The position numbers were made by a program, and so were the translations under genes. Below, one piece after another: positions 54,187 to 62,200 of a stretch of DNA of 64,000 nucleotides (the stretch's first letter is position 1; each line of letters opens with the position of its first letter). The notes below the pieces were generated by a model that saw only the letters and a list, made by a program, of their open reading frames with translations, was not told where the DNA came from and searched no databases. The DNA is taken from the IMG/VR virus record IMGVR_UViG_3300024505_000605; one strand, written 5' to 3'. The stretch comes from an uncultured virus (IMG/VR IMGVR_UViG_3300024505_000605). Taxonomy: Duplodnaviria > Heunggongvirae > Uroviricota > Caudoviricetes.

Positions 54187-54596
54187 AGTGGGTTGATGGT
54201 AATCAGTGCGCCTGGTAATTCACCCTCATTGGTGTAGACCTTATTGCAGATCAAGTTGACAACCTGCGAATCGTCTTTGATCAAGACGCCTGTGATGCCG
54301 TCAAGCGTTGACCTGCACAGTTTGTCCAAATCGGGCTTTGTGCTTTTGTAGAACGGAGCCTTTGGTTTCAGCTCGCCCTTGCTGTTGTAATGCGCCTTGG
54401 GTCGATTGAACAGGAAAGTGATTTGCACTGACACCTGCCCGTCGGTGATGGCCTCTCCGGTCGCCAAGGCTGCTTGGCTGACAGCAAAACGCCATGGCTT
54501 GACCTTTGCTGATGCCTCAACCATTCGCCCGTTGCCAACGTGTCGTTTGCTGCCTTGCGGGGCGGGTTCAATGCCTTGAACGGCAAACTTCATTTC
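54183..54596 (-). CDS. rusA: RusA-like Holliday junction resolvase
   Basis: PAPQGSKR, KPDLDKL.R..LD, DDSQV. Confidence 0.88.
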   Translation of the reverse strand, partial: EMKFAVQGIEPAPQGSKRHVGNGRMVEASAKVKPWRFAVSQAALATGEAITDGQVSVQITFLFNRPKAHYNSKGELKPKAPFYKSTKPDLDKLCRSTLDGITGVLIKDDSQVVNLICNKVYTNEGELPGALITINPL

Positions 54597-54725
54597 GTAT
54601 GGCTGAGGCAACGCGATAGGTGATCAACTGGCGTCGTCAAGTTAATGGCGGCTACGTCAGGGCGCTTTGATAGCAGCCAAAACAAAAACCGCGTCTGCCA
54701 CGTCAGGTTGTACAGGTTGTACGGA

Positions 54726-54932
54726 TTAGCCATGGGAGCGAATCAGGCAGTTTTCTAGGTGAATCTTTTCGCGTGCGGACTTGTAGTACAGACTGCGTGC
54801 CTCTTCTTTGGGGTCAACGGTCAGCAGGTAGCTCGCAAGCTCGGCAACGGCATTGGTGTATTGCTCTGGATCCCATAGGTCGTACTTGGCCAGGATGGCT
54901 TCGATCTGATCGTCTATGGGAGAGCCAGCCAT
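54726..54932 (-). CDS. Hypothetical protein
   Basis: ORF. Confidence 0.55.
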   Translation of the reverse strand: MAGSPIDDQIEAILAKYDLWDPEQYTNAVAELASYLLTVDPKEEARSLYYKSAREKIHLENCLIRSHG

Positions 54933-55240
54933 CAGAACTCTGCCTTTGGCAGCGTCACTCTCCAGTATTCTGTTTCGCGCTTCGTGGCGACGCCTTCAAA
55001 CTGCTCTAGCTGCTGCAGCTCTTTGACGGCATTGCTGTACTGCCAACTCGTGCGTGTGCAGCGGGATACTTTGATTCCGTGAGCACTGAGGTTGCCGTCG
55101 TCATCTTTGAGATCGTCTAGGTCACCTGTGGTGTACATCAGGGCCAGATCCTCCATAAGGCGATCAAGGATTTCCTGATGGCGGGCAATTTCGATCTTGG
55201 TGCTTGCGATAACGCCGAGCAGTGATTCGGGGTTTTTCAT
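54932..55240 (-). CDS. Hypothetical protein
   Basis: MKNPESLL...WQYS.AVKELQ..EQFEG.A. Confidence 0.65.
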   Translation of the reverse strand: MKNPESLLGVIASTKIEIARHQEILDRLMEDLALMYTTGDLDDLKDDDGNLSAHGIKVSRCTRTSWQYSNAVKELQQLEQFEGVATKRETEYWRVTLPKAEF

Positions 55241-55246
55241 GGCGAG

Positions 55247-55270
55247 AAAAGAAAAGCCCCCGAAGGGGCT
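55247..55270 (-). terminator. Intrinsic terminator
   Basis: agcccc-ttcg-ggggct-tttctttt on the minus strand. Confidence 0.8.
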
Positions 55271-55275
55271 GATGA

Positions 55276-55440
55276 TCAGAACAGGAGGCCGAGGCAGAAG
55301 CTGACGGCCGCAATCCACAGCGCAATGCTGACCTGTTCCTTGGATTCGTTCACCTGTTTCTCAAGTGTTGTGGTGGTGCCGGCCTGCTCGGTAATCAGCT
55401 CAAGCAACTGAGCCTTTGTAGCGCGGTTGAGGTTTGTCAT
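55276..55440 (-). CDS. Small membrane protein (54 aa)
   Basis: MTNLNRATKAQL...IALWIAAVSFCLGLLF; has its own promoter and terminator. Confidence 0.65.
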   Translation of the reverse strand: MTNLNRATKAQLLELITEQAGTTTTLEKQVNESKEQVSIALWIAAVSFCLGLLF

Positions 55441-55477
55441 TGGGGTTTGTGTGTAGTGAGGGCATCGCTGCCCATAT

Positions 55478-55508
55478 GGAGTATACCCCTAAGCGCAAGA
55501 CCCGTCAA
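55478..55508 (-). promoter_or_regulatory. Near-consensus sigma70 promoter with operator
   Basis: TTGACG-N17-TATACT; GGAGTATACCCC. Confidence 0.75.
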
Positions 55509-55596
55509 CCCTGCATGGCAACCCAGGCCAGCAGCGCCGTCACGCCAAGCAAGCCAATGCCGATCAGCACCATCACTGGCCAGACGGGATCGGTCA

Positions 55597-56277
55597 TCAA
55601 AACTCCGGCGCGTTCAACATCAGAAATGCATCCCTAGCGCCCTGCCACTCAATCACCGCCTCATCTACGTCGACCTTCTGCAGCGTCGTACTGCCAGGCC
55701 GGGACCACAGCACACCAGCCTTCTGGATGTACAGCTTGGGCCAGTGCAGGCTCATCATCCCCAGGTAGCCACCGAGCTGCGTGCTCACGTCGTATGGACT
55801 GGCATCAGGCTTGCCCTGCGTCTTCAGGTCCACCAGCACAAGCTGTTGATGATCGTCCTTACGACGCAATAGGCAATCAAAGCTGCCGGCGATGCTGCGC
55901 TCTACGTCGCACAATCGGTATTCACACGCGATGGCCTCATAGGTCTGCCAAACGGAATGGCCCAGTAACGGCTCAATCCATTCCGCATATTCAGCAGGCC
56001 ATTCGCCGGCATCACCAGTCGTCAGAAAATCCTCCAACGCCTTGTGTACTGCCTTCCCACGCGGCTCCCAGATGTGCTTCGTCTCCATGATCCGCCGCAT
56101 CGCCCACGGGTCCTTCGTGCCCTTGCACACCTGCGTCACCGAATGATTCAGCCACTGCCCCGTCGGCTCGTGGTAGTAGCGGTGCGCTTCCTCGTTGAAC
56201 AGGATCGGGAGGGGTTGCAGCCACCGGGAAGTCTCTTGGGCTGACGACTTCAACGCGCTCTGTTGGTGTGGGCTCAT
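55597..56277 (-). CDS. PD-(D/E)XK exonuclease (unit 2)
   Basis: FNEEAHRY, SVTQV, RGKAVH, AGSFD, VDLKT, QLGGY. Confidence 0.85.
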   Translation of the reverse strand: MSPHQQSALKSSAQETSRWLQPLPILFNEEAHRYYHEPTGQWLNHSVTQVCKGTKDPWAMRRIMETKHIWEPRGKAVHKALEDFLTTGDAGEWPAEYAEWIEPLLGHSVWQTYEAIACEYRLCDVERSIAGSFDCLLRRKDDHQQLVLVDLKTQGKPDASPYDVSTQLGGYLGMMSLHWPKLYIQKAGVLWSRPGSTTLQKVDVDEAVIEWQGARDAFLMLNAPEF

Positions 56278-56452
56278 CTCTGAGGGGATTGCGGTGAATC
56301 GGTGGTGTGAAACCGGGAATGCGCTTGGCATCCTCCATTGTGATGACCCAGCCCTGTGATGGCACGTCTAGATCCTCGATGGTTATGTAATTTTTATCAA
56401 CCATTCGCCGTAATAAAATGCGGACCGTAGCCAAATCAAATGCTTTCTTCAT
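56012..56452 (-). CDS. Hypothetical protein overlapping the exonuclease
   Basis: MKKAFDL ATGA-coupled to the HNH gene. Confidence 0.5.
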   Translation of the reverse strand: MKKAFDLATVRILLRRMVDKNYITIEDLDVPSQGWVITMEDAKRIPGFTPPIHRNPLRDEPTPTERVEVVSPRDFPVAATPPDPVQRGSAPLLPRADGAVAESFGDAGVQGHEGPVGDAADHGDEAHLGAAWEGSTQGVGGFSDDW

Positions 56453-57051
56453 GCACAATTACTCCACTGAGTCCCTTTTATTAAATTATCTTTAGCCCAA
56501 AGCGGCTGCAAGTTTGTAAAGTGAAAACAAGCTTTTCGCTGCTCTACATCGCTTAAGTCAAAACTTGCGCATGGCCTTATGTGATCCAAATGCCACTGGC
56601 CGTAATTGTCCCAAGTCATGCCATCTGTAAACATTTTTTCCAAATAATCCATTAACTCAAGTGGTGTCATTCCGACCAGTTCAATAAATTTCTCACTTTT
56701 AGATAAACCATTTCTTTTGAGAACCCTAATAATTCTTTGGCGAGCATTGAACTCAAATCTGCCAGCGCTGGTCTGGGATTTTCTTTTTATATAATCAATT
56801 CTTCTTTTTGATTCAAGCGCTTTTGCGCAATCGTCAGAGCAAGTTTTATATCTGTATCTTCCATAAAAAATAGACCCGCAGTTACGGCATGTTTTCTTTG
56901 CCTTTCTTGCCGCTTGATTTTCTTTTTCACAAACGACACAAACGCCATTTTGGGTTCTTCGAGTGCTTCCGTGCCCTTTCGAGCATTGACTGCCTGTGTA
57001 AAACATTTCACCATTTGCAATGGCCAAGGCTCTCGCTCCAGATTTCGCCAT
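56449..57051 (-). CDS. HNH/endonuclease VII-like homing endonuclease
   Basis: MTWDNYGQWHLDHIRPCASFDL...FHFTNLQPLW..DN; AT-rich. Confidence 0.85.
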   Translation of the reverse strand: MAKSGARALAIANGEMFYTGSQCSKGHGSTRRTQNGVCVVCEKENQAARKAKKTCRNCGSIFYGRYRYKTCSDDCAKALESKRRIDYIKRKSQTSAGRFEFNARQRIIRVLKRNGLSKSEKFIELVGMTPLELMDYLEKMFTDGMTWDNYGQWHLDHIRPCASFDLSDVEQRKACFHFTNLQPLWAKDNLIKGTQWSNCA

Positions 57052-57338
57052 CAGATGTGGCTCCAAAGCCGTTCCTTGTCTGCGTTGTCACGTTCTGACG
57101 CAGCAAGGGGATGCACGACATAACGCGCTGCCAGCGGGCTCTTGGGGTCATCAGCGCCCACGTTCGGGCAGAAGGTCATGTACAAGCCCTGGTCGTCGTA
57201 TTTCCCCATCGGGTGCCCGTAGCAGGCGTTTGGCGGTGGCGTGCGGCTGGTGGTCACGGAGTAGCTGACCTGTCTGGTCTTCTCGTCCGATACCTGCCAC
57301 ACGTATTTCCCTTTGGCATCGGGCTGATAAAGCTTCAT
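57051..57338 (-). CDS. Hypothetical protein
   Basis: ORF MKLYQPDAKG. Confidence 0.6.
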   Translation of the reverse strand: MKLYQPDAKGKYVWQVSDEKTRQVSYSVTTSRTPPPNACYGHPMGKYDDQGLYMTFCPNVGADDPKSPLAARYVVHPLAASERDNADKERLWSHI

Positions 57339-57370
57339 GGTGAGTCTCAGATGATTAACAAGGGACAGGA

Positions 57371-57979
57371 TCAGTCGTCGTAAACCCAGCAGCCCATCTC
57401 CGCGTTCCACACCGGGCCAACCTGCTGCTGCTTGTGCCCTTCGAGATACACCTCGTACTTCCCATCACGAAGCCAGCGAAACAGGTCAGGAAGGCTGCCC
57501 ACGAACTCCCCGGCGCCCTTCTTGCGCTTCTGCTCGTCAATCGCCCTTCCTGCGGCTTCTAGGAGGGTCTCAGGGCCTTCAAGGGCAACGATGGCCTTCC
57601 ACTCGTCAAATGCCTTGGGTTTCGTCTGAGATGAGACGCGATCAGGCGCAGATTGGTACAGCTTCCAAAAGGCCTCAAACTCCTCGGTGTAGGCCGGCTT
57701 TTTCCTCGATTTGCCGATTTTGGGCTCTTTTTCGGCGTTTTCCTTAACTTTTTCCGACCGTTCTATATTATTTAGATTATAAGATTCTTTATTAGTAATA
57801 CTAGAAGAAGAATTAGAGGCTTCGCTCCCTGTCGGTCGCTCCGCCAGCGTAACCTCCCTGTCAACCCCTAGTTCGATCAAAAAGGCGCAATACCCAGTCA
57901 GGGACATCGTTTTGGGTTTGTAACGCTCCAAGTCACAAATCAAATCCTCGGGAAGGCGCAGAAAAACAGGTTTGCTCAT
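57371..57979 (-). CDS. Putative replication initiator
   Basis: RHH-like N-terminus; YTEEFEAFWKLY...KAFDEW...RWLRDGKYE; internal AT-rich tract. Confidence 0.65.
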   Translation of the reverse strand: MSKPVFLRLPEDLICDLERYKPKTMSLTGYCAFLIELGVDREVTLAERPTGSEASNSSSSITNKESYNLNNIERSEKVKENAEKEPKIGKSRKKPAYTEEFEAFWKLYQSAPDRVSSQTKPKAFDEWKAIVALEGPETLLEAAGRAIDEQKRKKGAGEFVGSLPDLFRWLRDGKYEVYLEGHKQQQVGPVWNAEMGCWVYDD

Positions 57980-58177
57980 GCTTGCAAAAAATTGCTTTGT
58001 GCTAGTGATGCTTGCAAAAGCTAGCGTTTTGACGCAAAAACGCAAATGTGCCTGTGGACAGTGTGATAATCGTCCTAAATCGAGGGTTTTCCACAGCCCG
58101 CTCGTCTCACTTGCGTCTCACGCCTCGCCATTTATTGCTTTTGGGTTTATCCTTTATTCATTCGTTTTTCTGCAACA

Positions 58178-58495
58178 TTGGCGCGTTCAACCGCTGCCGA
58201 AGTCAACTTCCGTGTTGACACTATTTACGGTCTTTTGACCGAAGGACAATCCCGTGGACAAATTGTTCAATTCGGGTCGAAACAATGGAATATCACTCCC
58301 CGTCAAGTTGATGAATACATTCAACGCGCAAGAATCCGCCTAGAAGAAGACGCCGCCATGACGCGCCCCTCATGGATCGCTGAAGCCCTAGGTCGTGCTC
58401 GCACCTACGAACAGTCCGCCTACAAACGCGGTCAAACGCAGGTCGCACTCAACGCCATCCAGCTCCAAGCCAAACTGATCGGCCTTGAAATTTGA
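58178..58495 (+). CDS. Putative terminase small subunit (unit 2)
   Basis: HTH WNITPRQVDEYI; upstream of terL. Confidence 0.6.
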   Translation: MARSTAAEVNFRVDTIYGLLTEGQSRGQIVQFGSKQWNITPRQVDEYIQRARIRLEEDAAMTRPSWIAEALGRARTYEQSAYKRGQTQVALNAIQLQAKLIGLEI

Positions 58496-58548
58496 GCCTG
58501 CTCTTACCCGGTCTTACCTTCCTCGCCGTCACGGGCTACTATAAAGGA

Positions 58549-59127
58549 ATGGCAAAGCTTACGACCGCGCAGTTCGTTGAACGCGCAAAAGCCGCCCATG
58601 GCGACCGATTTGACTACTCCTGTTCTGATTACCAAGGCGCACTTACGAAAATTGCCATCGTTTGCCCTTCTCACGGGCTGTTTATGCAATTGCCTACAAA
58701 TCACTGGCGCGGTGCAGGCTGCAAGGAATGCAGGAAAACAAGCAGCCCCGAAATTCGTCGCACCAATGCAGCCAAAAGGCAAGCAAGAATGCGCGAACGC
58801 CAGCGGCATACGCCTGAATACAAGATCGCCAATTTTTCCCGTGTTCGTCTTTACAAGGCTTTGTCTTCTCAAGGCATAAGAAAAAATTGCCGTACTGCCG
58901 ATTGGCTTGGTTGTTCACCTACTGAACTTCGTGATTACATTGCTGCCAAGTTTGAGGACGGTATGACTTGGGAAAATTTCGGTGAATGGGAGGTTGATCA
59001 CATTCGTCCTTGCGCCAGTTTTGATTTAACCGATCCCGTGCAACGACTTTCTTGTTTCCATTTCACAAACCTTCAACCGCTTTGGAGGGGCGACAATCGC
59101 CGCAAAAGCGCCAAGTTGCTGGCATGA
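58549..59127 (+). CDS. HNH/endonuclease VII-like homing endonuclease
   Basis: HGDRFDYS..IVCPSHG..CKEC; WEVDHIRPCASFDL...NLQPLW; AAGGA before ATG. Confidence 0.85.
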   Translation: MAKLTTAQFVERAKAAHGDRFDYSCSDYQGALTKIAIVCPSHGLFMQLPTNHWRGAGCKECRKTSSPEIRRTNAAKRQARMRERQRHTPEYKIANFSRVRLYKALSSQGIRKNCRTADWLGCSPTELRDYIAAKFEDGMTWENFGEWEVDHIRPCASFDLTDPVQRLSCFHFTNLQPLWRGDNRRKSAKLLA

Positions 59128-60449
59128 GCCCATCCATACTTGACGGCTGTCCTGGCGGCTTTTTACTTGAAGCTCCGATCACAGTTTGCAACGAAAGGGA
59201 TTGGACTCCTTTCGCGGAACGTCTTTACGATTCGCTAACTCCACCACAGCGAGAAGTGTGGAACGCGCCAGAACGCTTCAAACTTCTTTGTTCTGGTCGT
59301 CGTTTTGGTAAAACCTACCTTTGCATTGCCCGTTTGGTCGCTTGGGCAATTGAGCATCCAAATTCCCTTAATTGGTACTGCACGCAAACCTATAAATCGG
59401 CAAAACAAATTGCGTGGCGCCAGCTTCGTGCCATGGTGCCGCCCGAAATGTTTGCCAGAAAAAACGAATCCGAACTGTCCGTTGAATTGAGCAACGGCAG
59501 CGTGATCGCCTTGAAAGGTGCCGAGTCCGCCGATGCCCTCCGTGGTGTATCGCTCAGCAGCCTGATCGTTGACGAAGCCGCATACGTCAAGCAGGAAGCA
59601 TGGGAGATGGTGCTGCGCCCAGCCTTGTCTGATCAAGGTGGCCCCGCATGGTTTATCACCACCCCTGCTGGCCTGAACTGGTTTCACGATCTATGGGAAC
59701 AGGCGCAAGACCAACCCGACTGGTCAACCTTCAGTTACACCACGATCCAAGGCGGCAACGTTCCCGAGGATGAGGTTGAGGCTGCCCGTCGCACGCTTGA
59801 TGACCGCACCTTCCGCCAGGAATACCTTGCCAGCTTTGAAACCCTCTCGGGCCGTGTCTACCCCGATTTCAGCGACGACAACATTTCCGATACTGTCTGC
59901 GATACCGGCGGTCCGATCCTGTGGGGCACTGACTTCAACGTGAGCGTGCTGGCCGGTGTGCTCGGTAGCCGCGTGGGCGACACACTCCATATATGGGATG
60001 AGGTGTCGGTAACGCAGACCAACACCGATGAGGTGTGCGCCATGCTGCGTGAGCGGTTCAGAGATCGAAAGCTGATCGCCTACCCGGATCCAACCGGTAG
60101 TGCCCGCAAGACTTCATCGGCTGGCCGCACTGACCACGAGATCATTCGCCAGTACGGGTTTGGCTGCGTCAGCCCCAAGGCGCCCTGGGCAGTGAAGGAC
60201 AAGATCAACGCCACTAACAGCCTGATCCGTAACGCCAATGGCCAGATCCGCCTGTTCGTTCACCCGCGCTGCAAGAACACGATCAAGGCGCTGCGCAACG
60301 TGACCTACAAGCAGGGGGCTGATGATTACGTGATCGACAAGTCGGCTGGTATCGAGCACTGGACAGACGGGCTGGGGTATCTGGTCATGTCGGAGTACAA
60401 CCCGCTGTACGCCAACGCGGGCAAGGGCACGGGCATCAGGCTATATTGA
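59124..60449 (+). CDS. terL: Terminase large subunit (unit 2)
   Basis: SGRRFGKT, IVDEAA, ITTP, GTDFN, EHWTDGLGY. Confidence 0.95.
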   Translation: MSPSILDGCPGGFLLEAPITVCNERDWTPFAERLYDSLTPPQREVWNAPERFKLLCSGRRFGKTYLCIARLVAWAIEHPNSLNWYCTQTYKSAKQIAWRQLRAMVPPEMFARKNESELSVELSNGSVIALKGAESADALRGVSLSSLIVDEAAYVKQEAWEMVLRPALSDQGGPAWFITTPAGLNWFHDLWEQAQDQPDWSTFSYTTIQGGNVPEDEVEAARRTLDDRTFRQEYLASFETLSGRVYPDFSDDNISDTVCDTGGPILWGTDFNVSVLAGVLGSRVGDTLHIWDEVSVTQTNTDEVCAMLRERFRDRKLIAYPDPTGSARKTSSAGRTDHEIIRQYGFGCVSPKAPWAVKDKINATNSLIRNANGQIRLFVHPRCKNTIKALRNVTYKQGADDYVIDKSAGIEHWTDGLGYLVMSEYNPLYANAGKGTGIRLY

Positions 60450-60634
60450 CGCCACCAGCAAAGTCCCCTGCTGGGTGCTGTCAGAAGTCGGATCAACACA
60501 CGCCTTGCGTCTGTCCCGAGGGAAGCCAGCCAACTGAAACTGAAGTCGGGCAACCGCTGCGTGCGATCCAAGGGATGGTTCAGATTCACCTGCGTCGGGC
60601 GAGAGAGCCCCTGCTCAAGCGGGGGTTTTCTTTT
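60447..60634 (+). ncRNA. Candidate structured ncRNA with terminator
   Basis: Nested helices, GCAA tetraloop, terminator at 60603-60634. Confidence 0.45.
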
Positions 60635-60639
60635 GCCTG

Positions 60640-60669
60640 TTGACGGATGACAGGGGTATACCCCATAAT
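60640..60669 (+). promoter_or_regulatory. Promoter with perfect operator palindrome
   Basis: TTGACG-N18-CATAAT; GGGGTATACCCC at 60653-60664. Confidence 0.7.
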
Positions 60670-60705
60670 TAGGGGAGAGGGGGCGACCCCACCACACACA
60701 AGACC

Positions 60706-60978
60706 ATGACCCGCACTTCCATCACCGACAACATGACCGCCGCTGAGCTGGCCGCATGGAAGGAAAACAACCGCAAGCAAGCACACTGCGGCACGATCAT
60801 CATTGAAACCGCCAAGCCTGTCCGCAAGTCACAGCGCCAACAATGGCAAGAGTTCCGCACCGAAACCCTTGGCATGATCGAAGCCGCGAAGCGTGAGCGT
60901 CACTTCCACATCCTTCCTCAACTGATCCAGCGCCTGAACACCGCAAACGAAATGCTCAACAATCGCGCACTGTCCTGA
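60706..60978 (+). CDS. Hypothetical protein
   Basis: Has its own promoter and terminator. Confidence 0.7.
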   Translation: MTRTSITDNMTAAELAAWKENNRKQAHCGTIIIETAKPVRKSQRQQWQEFRTETLGMIEAAKRERHFHILPQLIQRLNTANEMLNNRALS

Positions 60979-60986
60979 ACGTCACC

Positions 60987-61006
60987 GGCCCCTTCGGGGG
61001 CCTTTT
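60987..61006 (+). terminator. Intrinsic terminator
   Basis: ggcccc-ttcg-ggggcc-tttt. Confidence 0.8.
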
Positions 61007-61009
61007 CTT

Positions 61010-61399
61010 ATGACACAACAACATCCCATCACCCCACCGCCGGAGCTGGTGCAGCAGTGGGACCGCGAATGGAGGGAGCAGCAAAACGCACCAGTTATCG
61101 GCTGGTCGGCCAATCTTCTTGCCTATGTCGCCACCCGCGCCGCCCAATGGGGCGCAGATCAAGAGCTGGAGGCGTGCTGTGAGTGGCTTCACTGGCAAAA
61201 CCTGGCCACACATCCCGAACTGATCCCTTCGCTCCGCGCCGACCGCCGCCCCAAGCCGCCGAGCTTGAAGGAGCAGGCGCTAGCGCTCGTTGAGCAGCAC
61301 GAAGACGGCTGGCGGCCGTCACCCAAGGACTGGGACACCATCCGCCGCGCATTGGAGGCACTGCCCGACAGCATTGTTGTATTTCCTTCTCAGTGTTAA
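61010..61399 (+). CDS. HPITPPPELV-family protein
   Basis: Homolog of 12757..13125. Confidence 0.75.
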   Translation: MTQQHPITPPPELVQQWDREWREQQNAPVIGWSANLLAYVATRAAQWGADQELEACCEWLHWQNLATHPELIPSLRADRRPKPPSLKEQALALVEQHEDGWRPSPKDWDTIRRALEALPDSIVVFPSQC

Positions 61400-61576
61400 A
61401 AGCATTAAAAAGCGGCAGGATGTCACCCCCACCGCTCTTGCAACTGGATCTCACTCCAGTCGCTTTGCTGCTTTCTGATCAGCCCCAGCACTGTAGCACA
61501 CGGCAGGTATCAGCATGTATTACCTGAAAACAGGAATCAGCTAATACTTGCCCGCTTACGACCCGTCTCAATTTCC

Positions 61577-61822
61577 ATGTCTGAACTTTCCTCCGCCGCG
61601 CAGGCGGTGATTACTGCCAGCAACTGTGCTGGGTCTCGAATCGTGCAGTTGCACATTGCCGCCGCCCTGCGAGCTGCTGCGGATCAGGTGGCGCCTCTGC
61701 AGCTCCCACCCGAAGGCGCTGTTGATGCCAAGCACCCAACAGTTGAATGGCACGTCTGGAACGCTGAGCAGCAAGCTCGATTCGCCCTCTTGGCTATTGC
61801 CACCGAACTAGAAGCCCAGTAG
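61577..61822 (+). CDS. Hypothetical protein (LS.AAQAV...AAALRAAADQV...AIATELE)
   Basis: ORF ends in a TAGT-N7-ACTA site. Confidence 0.7.
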   Translation: MSELSSAAQAVITASNCAGSRIVQLHIAAALRAAADQVAPLQLPPEGAVDAKHPTVEWHVWNAEQQARFALLAIATELEAQ

Positions 61823-61885
61823 TCAGACCCACTAACCTGATCCTGTTCCCGCTCTGCCTCGGCATCGGGCTGCCACATCCGACTC

Positions 61886-62077
61886 ATGGCCAAGCACCTC
61901 TGGCACGATCTTCAAGGCGCCTTTGACTCCGCCGTTGATTCCGACGGTGATTACGAATTCAGCCTTGCCGCCGCTGCCATGCTCACCGCTGTTCAGCAGT
62001 GGCTATATGACGAAGGCTTTGACGAAGCTGGCGACGCCCTAGACGAAGAAATTCAAACCGCCGAAGCCCACGGTTAA
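61886..62077 (+). CDS. Acidic hypothetical protein
   Basis: ORF. Confidence 0.6.
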   Translation: MAKHLWHDLQGAFDSAVDSDGDYEFSLAAAAMLTAVQQWLYDEGFDEAGDALDEEIQTAEAHG

Positions 62078-62086
62078 ATTCAATCT

Positions 62087-62145
62087 GCTGGGTCGGTTCT
62101 GACCGTAAGGCTGAACGCCGTGTGTGGCGGTATCGGAGGCCCAGC
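62087..62145 (+). ncRNA. Candidate three-way-junction RNA upstream of the portal
   Basis: 8-bp closing stem, GUAA tetraloop. Confidence 0.4.
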
Positions 62146-62200
62146 CATCATTCACGATTAACCTATACCCATAGACTTTGTGCATGGCTAGGCGCAAAAG

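Noticed and set aside
56012..56277. 266-nt same-strand overlap as a programmed frameshift fusion
   Set aside because: No slippery site found; the overlapping tail looks like run-on sequence
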